Below, in pieces: positions 39,391 to 48,098 of a DNA stretch of 64,000 nucleotides (its first letter is position 1; each line of letters opens with the position of its first letter). The stretch is from the NCBI GenBank assembly GCA_965249135.1, contig OZ252220.1:1376001-1440000 (forward strand), read 5' to 3'. Under the pieces are notes generated by a model. That model ran no database searches. It was not told the DNA's origin and worked only from the letters and a program-made list of their open reading frames with translations. Source of the stretch: Alphaproteobacteria bacterium (GTDB lineage: Bacteria > Pseudomonadota > Alphaproteobacteria > GCA-2746255). The position numbers and the translations under genes were made by a program.

Positions 39391-41904
39391 TCAGGTGCCG
39401 GTCTTCATGGACGGGCCGCCGGGCAGGGCCTCCGCGGGCGAGGGCGGCGCTTCCTCGCCATCGCGGCTTAAGTCCGTCGCATGGTATGGCAGGCAGCAAC
39501 GAACGGTCGTCCCTTTGCCGGGTGCCGACGTAAGCTCGACCCTGCCGCCGTGCAATTCGACAAACTTCTTCACCAGCGGCAAGCCGAGGCCCGAGCCGCG
39601 CCCCTTGCTGGAACTGCCGCGTTCGAATCTTTCGAAGATCCGCTCCTGTTCTTCCAGCGGGATGCCGACGCCCGTATCCATCACTTCCAGAACGAGATCT
39701 TCGTTCTCCTTGCGGGCCGAAAGCGAGATGGTGCCGCCCGAGGTACTGAAATTGATCGCATTGTTCAGAAGCTTGAAGAGAACTTGCTTCAGACGTTGCT
39801 TGTCGGCACGAATCGCCGGCGGGTTGCCTTGAAAGTCCATCACGACGATTAGATTCTTTTCGTTCGCTTTTTCGCGAACAAGCCGAAGTACTTCTTCCAT
39901 CAACGTGCGAATGGGGACCTCTTCTTGTTGGATCGCCATCTGGCCGACCTCGATCACCGCCAAGTCGAGGATGTCGTTGATGAGCGACAGCAGCACCTGG
40001 GAAGAATCAAGGATGCCTTCCACGTAGCCCGCCTGTTGGGTGGTGAGACTGCCGAAATAGCCCTGCTCGAGTAGCTGGGAAAAACCGATAATCGTGTTAA
40101 GCGGCGTACGAAGTTCGTAGGAAACGTGGGCAACGAATTCGGACATCAGCTTATCCGCTGCCTCCAGCGCCTCGTTCCGCTCCCTGAGTGCGCGTTCGAC
40201 CCGGGTGCTGTCCGTCACGTCGACATAGCGCCATAAGACCCCGCCATCCGGAAGCGGCAGGCTTGCGTAATCCACCGTCGTACCATCCTGGCGGTCGAAG
40301 CGGCCATGTTTCGGGACCCGTTCGCAGGTGCCGGCGACAATTTTCGCCCGCAACGCCTGCCAATCCTTCGTGATGGCGAAACGCTCGGACGTTTCGACGA
40401 GTTCGGAGACGTGGGGCTCGCCTTCGAGTTCGATCGGAGAGAACCCCCAGATCCGCGCGTAGGCCGGGTTGCTGAGCTTCAGCCGCCCGTCGCTTCCGAA
40501 CACGGCGACCCCTTCATAGAGATTGTCGAGCGATTGCTGCTGGACCTTGATCAGCGTGTTGTACGAGCGCTCAAGCGCCAGCTTGTCCGTCACGTCCTCG
40601 TAGGTGCAGAGCAGCCCCCCGAAGGGATGGGGCGAGACGGTCGAGCGCAGCGTCGTGCCGTCCGGCAGGTGCAAAAGTTCCTCGACCGGATCGATGAGCG
40701 AGGTGAAGCGCGCAAGCTGCTCGCCCTTGTAAGCGGGGAAGTCGACGGTTTCCGGCAGACGCCTTCTGGAGCGAAGCGCTTCCAGCACTTCGCCCTGCAT
40801 CGGCTCCATCGCCAGCCAATCCTCACTCAACCGCCAGAGGCTGGCAAAGGCCTGGTTGAAGAATTTGAGCCGGGTGTCCGGTCCGTAGATCGCGATCGCG
40901 GTGGCTAGCCCTTCCAGCACCTTCGACTGGGCATCGATGTGACGGCTAAGTTCGTCCTGGACGCGCTCGACCTCCGTGAAGTCGAGCGAGTAACCGACCA
41001 TACCTTCCCCGTCGACAATCGGAATCTCGGTGACTTCGAGAAGACGCCGGAGGCCCTCGATAACGAAGTAATGGCTTTCCGATTGCGCGGAGCCGGCGCG
41101 CCAGGCGCGCTTTGCCACTGCCAACCCCTGATCGGCGATGACACCCTCGGCGAATTCCTGTTTCCGTTCGATCGCCTCCTCGGGACGCATGCCGACGACG
41201 GAAGCATAGGCCCAGTTGCAGAAGGTAAGGGCCAGGTCCTTGCTCCGTTGCCAAACCGGAAATGGAAGCTGATCGAGGAGAAACCGAAGCTGGTTCCGGT
41301 CTTCAAGAAGCTTCGCATTGCGCCCGACAACCTTCTTGGCGCGGGCTTCGGCTTCCGTGACGTCGTCGAAGCGGACCAGCGCGCCGAGCATCGTGCCATC
41401 CGCGTCCATAACCTCCCGGCCGCGCACCTTCAGCGCCCGGCCACCGACCGCCGTCACCTCGAAGGCGAAATCGCCGCCGGCATCGCGAAGGGTCGCAACC
41501 CCGGCGCGAAGCCGCTTCGCCGAGGCGGCGTCGAGCTCGGCGAGCGCGTCGGCGAAGCTGGGCGTGGCACCGGCCGACAGCGGCAGAAGGGAGGAAAAAT
41601 CCCCAAAGGCCGTTTCTTCTTCCGACTCATGCCGCCAGAAGAAGAGGGCGCCGGAGGTCGTGCTGAGAAGGTTACGCAGCTCTTCCGCCTCGGCTTCCGT
41701 CTCGTTTACGCGTGCCTCCAGGCGCTTAAGCTTTCGCCGGGCCGGGCGGGCGAAGAAGAGGAAGGCAAGCCCAAAGCCAAGACCGAGGATTGCAAGCGCC
41801 TGCAGCAATGGGTCGACAGGGGGAAATCCATCAAGAGAAAGTCGATCAAGCGGCAGCCGATCGAGGGAAAGCCACTCAGGAGGCAGCCGATCGAGGGAAG
41901 GCAT
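39391..41904 (-). CDS. divL: DivL-like PAS-domain pseudo-histidine kinase
   Basis: N-terminal TM, several PAS domains, H-box with Tyr replacing His (VSYELRTPL), HATPase; ahcY-divL-tsaE synteny; start codon uncertain. Confidence 0.85.
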   Translation of the reverse strand: MPSLDRLPPEWLSLDRLPLDRLSLDGFPPVDPLLQALAILGLGFGLAFLFFARPARRKLKRLEARVNETEAEAEELRNLLSTTSGALFFWRHESEEETAFGDFSSLLPLSAGATPSFADALAELDAASAKRLRAGVATLRDAGGDFAFEVTAVGGRALKVRGREVMDADGTMLGALVRFDDVTEAEARAKKVVGRNAKLLEDRNQLRFLLDQLPFPVWQRSKDLALTFCNWAYASVVGMRPEEAIERKQEFAEGVIADQGLAVAKRAWRAGSAQSESHYFVIEGLRRLLEVTEIPIVDGEGMVGYSLDFTEVERVQDELSRHIDAQSKVLEGLATAIAIYGPDTRLKFFNQAFASLWRLSEDWLAMEPMQGEVLEALRSRRRLPETVDFPAYKGEQLARFTSLIDPVEELLHLPDGTTLRSTVSPHPFGGLLCTYEDVTDKLALERSYNTLIKVQQQSLDNLYEGVAVFGSDGRLKLSNPAYARIWGFSPIELEGEPHVSELVETSERFAITKDWQALRAKIVAGTCERVPKHGRFDRQDGTTVDYASLPLPDGGVLWRYVDVTDSTRVERALRERNEALEAADKLMSEFVAHVSYELRTPLNTIIGFSQLLEQGYFGSLTTQQAGYVEGILDSSQVLLSLINDILDLAVIEVGQMAIQQEEVPIRTLMEEVLRLVREKANEKNLIVVMDFQGNPPAIRADKQRLKQVLFKLLNNAINFSTSGGTISLSARKENEDLVLEVMDTGVGIPLEEQERIFERFERGSSSKGRGSGLGLPLVKKFVELHGGRVELTSAPGKGTTVRCCLPYHATDLSRDGEEAPPSPAEALPGGPSMKTGT

Positions 41905-41984
41905 ATCCAAGACGTCTTCAAGCCCCACCAACGGCACCGTCGCGAAGGCGGCGCCGGGCGACGTGCCGACGGAAGGCCGACGAC

Positions 41985-42011
41985 TTATCCCCGTTTTCCA
42001 CGTTTTCCACA
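41985..42011. promoter_or_regulatory. Three head-to-tail DnaA-box-like 9-mers upstream of divL
   Basis: TTATCCCCG, TTTTCCACG, TTTTCCACA; the last matches TTWTNCACA exactly. Confidence 0.55.
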
Positions 42012-42094
42012 CGGCCGGAAGTTTAGGCGCGAAACAAGACGTGAACAAGCCCGCGAAGGGCTTGGACGTGTCCGTTTCGGCCGGTTTCCATCCC

Positions 42095-43393
<1,299 letters not shown>

Positions 43394-43518
43394 TCCGATT
43401 AAGTTCAACCTATCCGATTGTTTCCAGGAACTCTCGGCCAAGCTTGGCCGCCTGTCCCGGAAAGGGGGTCTCGACTTAGCAGAATTTTCAAGCCCCAATC
43501 AAGGGGGTGAACACTTTT

Positions 43519-43560
43519 GTGTGTGTCCTGGTGTGTGTGTCCTGGTGTGTGTGTCCTGGT
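43519..43560. repeat. 14-bp perfect triple tandem repeat
   Basis: GTGTGTGTCCTGGT x3 (ACCAGGACACACAC on the transcribed strand) between HPr and ahcY. Confidence 0.95.
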
Positions 43561-43569
43561 ATACGCGTC

Positions 43570-43863
43570 CTAGTCTTCCTCGAACCGGTCGCGGACGAGC
43601 GTGCACAGAAACTCCAAGGCACGCTTTGCCTCCCGGCCTTTGGCGCGGATCTCGATCAACGTGCCCTGGCTTGCGGCAAGGGTCAAAAGCCCCATGATCG
43701 AAAGCCCGGATACGACGATCCCCCGCCTTGCGACAATCACCTCCGAATCGAAGCTTGCGGCGCAGCGGACAAACTTTGCCGCCGCCCTGGCATGCAATCC
43801 GCGTTTGTTTCGGATCTTGACCCGCCGGCGCAGAGACTTGCCTCTTCTTTTCCTCTGCGCCAT
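43570..43863 (-). CDS. HPr/NPr family phosphocarrier
   Basis: NKRGLHARAAAKFV and SIMGLLTL motifs. Confidence 0.93.
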   Translation of the reverse strand: MAQRKRRGKSLRRRVKIRNKRGLHARAAAKFVRCAASFDSEVIVARRGIVVSGLSIMGLLTLAASQGTLIEIRAKGREAKRALEFLCTLVRDRFEED

Positions 43864-43876
43864 GGGCGGCATCCTG

Positions 43877-44299
43877 TCACGCCTTCGCCTTCGTTTTCGC
43901 CTCTTCGGCGAGCAACTGCGAGGCAACGTTGATGTATTTGCGCCCCGCTTCCCGGGCGGCCGCCACCGCGGTTACGACATCGTCCTTGTCACGCCTGCTC
44001 GCAAGTTTGATCAGCATCGGCAAATTCAATCCGGCCACGACCTCGATCTTCGTACGCTCCATGATCGAGATCGCCAGATTTGACGGCGTACCGCCAAACA
44101 TGTCCGTCAAAATGACGACGCCATCTCCGGCATCTACGCTGGAAACTCCTTTCAGAATTTCCTTACGACGCTTTTCCATATCGTCATCCGGGTCGATACA
44201 AACGGTCCGGATTTGTTGCTGAGGTCCGACAATATGCTCAAGCGCTTTGACGAATTCGTCCGCCAAATGCCCATGCGTTACGAGTACGAGTCCGATCAT
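43877..44299 (-). CDS. manX: PTS EIIA, mannose type
   Basis: MIGLVLVTHG, LTDMFGGTPSN, GLNLPML. Confidence 0.9.
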   Translation of the reverse strand: MIGLVLVTHGHLADEFVKALEHIVGPQQQIRTVCIDPDDDMEKRRKEILKGVSSVDAGDGVVILTDMFGGTPSNLAISIMERTKIEVVAGLNLPMLIKLASRRDKDDVVTAVAAAREAGRKYINVASQLLAEEAKTKAKA

Positions 44300-44308
44300 C
44301 GAAGCCTC

Positions 44309-45193
44309 TTAAGAAGAACTTTCGGACAAACCGCCAAGATCCCGATGCCGAAGTGACACGCGCTTGCCCTGGCCTTCCAGCCAGTTACGAAGTTTTTCGG
44401 CAATGAAAACGGAGCGGTGTTTACCGCCCGTGCACCCAATCGCAATTGTGAGGTAGCTCTTCCCCTCTTCTTCAAAACGGGGAAGTAGTAAACCGAGCAT
44501 CTTCGTCAAGCTGTCGAAGAAGGAATCGAATCCAGGATCCGCCGAAATGTATTCGCCGACCTCCTTATCACGGCCGTTGAGCGGCTGCAACGCCGGGACA
44601 TAGTGCGGATTTTTGAGAAAGCGGACATCGAAAACGAGATCCGCTTCGCGGGGAAGGCCGTTCGCATAGGCAAAGGAGGTGACGAACAGCAGTGTTTCCG
44701 CTGCTTCTTCGCCGCCAAACGTCTCTTTCAGCAGATTGCGAAATTCCCAAGGCGAAAGCTTCGTCGTATTGAAGACAAAGTCCGCGCGTTCCCAGATGGC
44801 AGCAAGCAATTGACGCTCGTGGGCAATTCCGTCGAGCACCGGGCGTTCGCCCCCGACCGGATGGCGCCGGCGCGTTTCCTTATAACGGCGCACCAACGCC
44901 TCGTCCTCGCAGTCCAGAAAAAGAATCTGGAGAGTGAGGCCCTTGAACTCGCTCAAGGGTTTGATTTCTTCCAGGACGTTCTCGACATCGAAATCCCGCG
45001 TGCGAACGTCGATCCCCACTGCCAACGGGCGGGCGAAGCTCTCCGGTGAGTCAAGGAGTCGCCGAAGAAAGGAGAGCGGCAGGTTGTCGATCGCCTCGAA
45101 ACCGAAATCCTCGAGCGCATGCAGCGCCGTCGTGCGTCCCGCCCCGGAAAGTCCGGTCACCAACAGCACCCGTCGTGACGAAGACGAAGCCAT
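44309..45193 (-). CDS. rapZ: RapZ family P-loop protein
   Basis: TGLSGAG, IDNLP, TRRRHP, DVRFLKNPHY, GCTGGKHRSV. Confidence 0.94.
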   Translation of the reverse strand: MASSSSRRVLLVTGLSGAGRTTALHALEDFGFEAIDNLPLSFLRRLLDSPESFARPLAVGIDVRTRDFDVENVLEEIKPLSEFKGLTLQILFLDCEDEALVRRYKETRRRHPVGGERPVLDGIAHERQLLAAIWERADFVFNTTKLSPWEFRNLLKETFGGEEAAETLLFVTSFAYANGLPREADLVFDVRFLKNPHYVPALQPLNGRDKEVGEYISADPGFDSFFDSLTKMLGLLLPRFEEEGKSYLTIAIGCTGGKHRSVFIAEKLRNWLEGQGKRVSLRHRDLGGLSESSS

Positions 45194-45209
45194 GCTCACT
45201 GCGGCCCTT

Positions 45210-45641
45210 TCAGGCGGCGTAGCCCCCATCCCAGTTTGCCATCATCGCATGGCGGAGCTTCGCCACCGCCGATGCCTCGAAGGGGGCCAGGAAAATCCGC
45301 GGAAGCGTGACGCCGAGATAGGTGCAATGGGCCGCCTTCGGGCTGCGTACGAGGTTTTCAGGCAAAACGAGATCGACGACGAGCACGAGCGGCGCTGCGG
45401 ACGCCGCCGCCACCTGCACGATGCCGATCCCGCGAATCTCGAGAAGACCGGCGATCGGCGGCGGTGACGAGGCAGTGAGCCTTCCCTTCCGCATGGCGAG
45501 GCAGGTCTGGTCATCCGCAATCAGCCCGGCCCCGGCCTCGACCAGGCGCAAGGCCAAATCGGACTTGCCGCTGCCAGACGGCCCGCGTAAGAGAAGGGCC
45601 GCCTGTTTCCAGGCGACCGAGGTGCCGTGGACTTGGATCAT
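45210..45641 (-). CDS. hprK: Short alphaproteobacterial HPr kinase/phosphorylase
   Basis: HGT, GPSGSGKSDLAL, IADD, GLLEIRGIGI. Confidence 0.9.
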   Translation of the reverse strand: MIQVHGTSVAWKQAALLLRGPSGSGKSDLALRLVEAGAGLIADDQTCLAMRKGRLTASSPPPIAGLLEIRGIGIVQVAAASAAPLVLVVDLVLPENLVRSPKAAHCTYLGVTLPRIFLAPFEASAVAKLRHAMMANWDGGYAA

Positions 45642-45683
45642 GCCGGCCAACCCAAAAGCCTTGTCTTCGCGTTCCCCTTAAAT

Positions 45684-46136
45684 TCAGGGACCGCTGGCGT
45701 CCAGCGCCTTGATGGGAACCTGAAGCGACCACTCGGGCGATTTTTCAAATTTCAGCACGATCGTGAGCATGCTGCCCTCGGTCAAGGGCTTCGTCAGGTC
45801 GATCAGCATGAGATGGAGGCCACCGGGCGCAAGCGTCACCGCATCCCGCTTGGGGATGGGAATGGTGTCCAATGCATTCATCTTCATGACATCGCCGTCC
45901 TTCTCGGTGTCATGTAAGGCGACGCTGGCGGCCTCGTACGTCCTCACACCAACCAGTTTGTCGTGGCCGGCGCCGGTGTTCTTAAGGTGAAAATAGACGG
46001 CCGCCGTGGTGGCGCCTTTGGCGGTTGCCGGCGCCCAGGCACCCGAGACCGTAACCCTCGGGTCGCCTTTTTCTTCGCAGGCTACAATAGTGAGCAGGAT
46101 CACGAAGCAAGCAAAGACAAAATAGGGTTTGGCCAT
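45684..46136 (-). CDS. Copper chaperone PCu(A)C, probable lipoprotein
   Basis: Lipobox IVAC; LHDT...MKM...LAPGGLHLML (H-x-M...HxM copper motif). Confidence 0.88.
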   Translation of the reverse strand: MAKPYFVFACFVILLTIVACEEKGDPRVTVSGAWAPATAKGATTAAVYFHLKNTGAGHDKLVGVRTYEAASVALHDTEKDGDVMKMNALDTIPIPKRDAVTLAPGGLHLMLIDLTKPLTEGSMLTIVLKFEKSPEWSLQVPIKALDASGP

Positions 46137-46421
46137 CGACAGGGCTCCTTTTAAGCAGGAAGACGAAAAAAGCACATCCAACGGTGAATTCAGGGCTCCA
46201 TCTAGCCACGATCTGGCCCCGGAAGGAAGCCCGCTTGAAGGTGGCAAAAAAATCCTCCGGCGTCGACCCTAAAAGCCGCAGAAAAGCTGGGGTCCATGCC
46301 CCGCCACCCGATTGATTTGAAGGCCCGCTTCCGGCATGATAGGCACCTCGAAAAGAGGGGCCGGCGGGGACGCAAAGGCCCCCGAAGCCTCGAAAAACAC
46401 TGGCCCAAACGGGGAACAGCG

Positions 46422-48029
46422 TTGCAGCAAACCGGACCTGTGCAAAGCGACCATGGACTTAAGCACCATGGCATCCAGAACGTGACCGCCGTTCACTGGA
46501 ATTACGCAACCCCGACCCTATACGAAGAAGCGATCAGGCGCGGCGAAGGCGTGCTCGCCTTCGGTGGGACGCTGATCTCCCATACCGGGGTCCACACGGG
46601 TCGCTCGCCGAGCGACAAGTTCTTCACGAAAGAGCCCGGGTCGGATGGAAACATCGACTGGGGCAAGGTCAACCGGCCCATCGACCAAGCGCAATGCGAG
46701 GCGCTTCACAAGCGCATGCTCGCCTATTTCGAAGGCCAGGAGTTGTTCGTTCAGGACTGCTACGCCGGCACGGATCCGGCCTTCCAGTTGCACGTCCGCG
46801 TGGTGACGGAGACGGCCTGGCACAGCCTTTTCGCCCGTAACATGTTCATCCAGCCCACCGGCGACGAGCTTCGCAACTTCGTTCCCCAATTCACCATCCT
46901 GCACGCGCCGAACTTCCAGGCGGTACCCGACATCGACGGGACGAATTCGGAAGTCTTCATCATCGTCGATTTTTCGAAGCAGATGATTCTGATCGGCGGC
47001 ACGAGCTATGCCGGTGAAATCAAGAAATCCGTCTTTAGCATCCTGAACTACCTGTTGCCGGAACGTGGCGTGCTGCCGATGCACTGCTCGGCGAATATCG
47101 GGCCCGAAGGCGATACGGCGGTCTTCTTCGGCCTGTCCGGCACCGGCAAGACGACCCTTTCGGCAGACGCGAAGCGCACCCTTATCGGCGACGACGAGCA
47201 TGGCTGGGGCGACAACGGCGTCTTCAACTTCGAGGGCGGCTGCTATGCGAAGGTGATCCGCCTGAGCCCGACGGCAGAGCCGGAAATCTTCGCCACGACC
47301 CGGCGTTTCGGCACCATCCTGGAGAACGTCATCTTCGATGAAGGAACCCGCACGCTCGACCTGGATGACGCGACGCTCACCGAAAACACGCGCGCCTCCT
47401 ATCCGATCAACTTCATCCCGAACGCCAGCGAGGAAGGGGTCGGAGGCCATCCGAAGACGATCATCATGTTGACGGCGGACGCCTTCGGCGTGCTGCCGCC
47501 GATCAGTCACCTTTCACCGGAACAGGCGATGTACCACTTCCTTTCCGGCTATACGGCGCGCATCGCCGACACCGAGAAGGGCCTAGGCGCGGAGCCCCAG
47601 GCGACTTTCTCGACCTGTTTCGGCGCGCCTTTCATGCCGCGCCATCCAACCGTCTATGCGAAGCTGCTGCGCGACAAGATCGCCAAGCACAAGGTGAATT
47701 GCTGGCTCGTGAACACGGGCTGGAGCGGCGGCTCTTACGGCGTCGGCGAGCGCATGAAGATCGGCCACACCCGCGCCATGGTCCATGCCGCGCTTGACGG
47801 CCAGCTCAATGACGTCGCCCTACACAAGGACCCGAATTTCGGTCTCCACATTCCAAAGAACTGCCCGAACGTGCCGGACGAGGTGTTGAACCCCCGGCAC
47901 ACCTGGCAGGACAAGCAAGCTTACGACTCCGCGGCCCGGGACTTAACGCAACGGTTCGAAAAAAACTTCAAGCAGTTCGAAAGCCACGTCGACGAAAAGG
48001 TGAAAGCAGTTTCGATCCGCGCGGCTTAA
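46422..48029 (+). CDS. pckA: Phosphoenolpyruvate carboxykinase (ATP)
   Basis: TGRSP, YAGEIKK, GLSGTGKTTLS, GDDEHGW, NFEGGCYAK; probable TTG start at 46422. Confidence 0.96.
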   Translation: MQQTGPVQSDHGLKHHGIQNVTAVHWNYATPTLYEEAIRRGEGVLAFGGTLISHTGVHTGRSPSDKFFTKEPGSDGNIDWGKVNRPIDQAQCEALHKRMLAYFEGQELFVQDCYAGTDPAFQLHVRVVTETAWHSLFARNMFIQPTGDELRNFVPQFTILHAPNFQAVPDIDGTNSEVFIIVDFSKQMILIGGTSYAGEIKKSVFSILNYLLPERGVLPMHCSANIGPEGDTAVFFGLSGTGKTTLSADAKRTLIGDDEHGWGDNGVFNFEGGCYAKVIRLSPTAEPEIFATTRRFGTILENVIFDEGTRTLDLDDATLTENTRASYPINFIPNASEEGVGGHPKTIIMLTADAFGVLPPISHLSPEQAMYHFLSGYTARIADTEKGLGAEPQATFSTCFGAPFMPRHPTVYAKLLRDKIAKHKVNCWLVNTGWSGGSYGVGERMKIGHTRAMVHAALDGQLNDVALHKDPNFGLHIPKNCPNVPDEVLNPRHTWQDKQAYDSAARDLTQRFEKNFKQFESHVDEKVKAVSIRAA

Positions 48030-48068
48030 GAACGACCCTTCAGGTCTTCGGGGAGGAGACAGAAGGCA

Positions 48069-48098
48069 AGCCGGCCCCCAAGGGGGGCCGGCTTTTTT
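48069..48098. terminator. Intrinsic terminator between pckA and polA
   Basis: AAGCCGGCCCCC-AAG-GGGGGCCGGCTT hairpin followed by a T run. Confidence 0.88.

Noticed and set aside
39391-41904. His-to-Tyr change in the kinase H-box as a novelty
   Set aside because: This is the known hallmark of DivL.
41985-42011. Replication origin
   Set aside because: Only three boxes in a short spacer, no AT-rich unwinding element and no hemE/dnaA/parAB context.
43394-43500. Canonical SAH or SAM-SAH riboswitch before ahcY
   Set aside because: The conserved GAGGAGCG/CAGGCUC-type core is not present; only a generic hairpin is reported.
43519-43560. Possible CRISPR array (also 51063-51104 and 7693-7760)
   Set aside because: Units abut with no unique spacers and there are no cas genes in the window.
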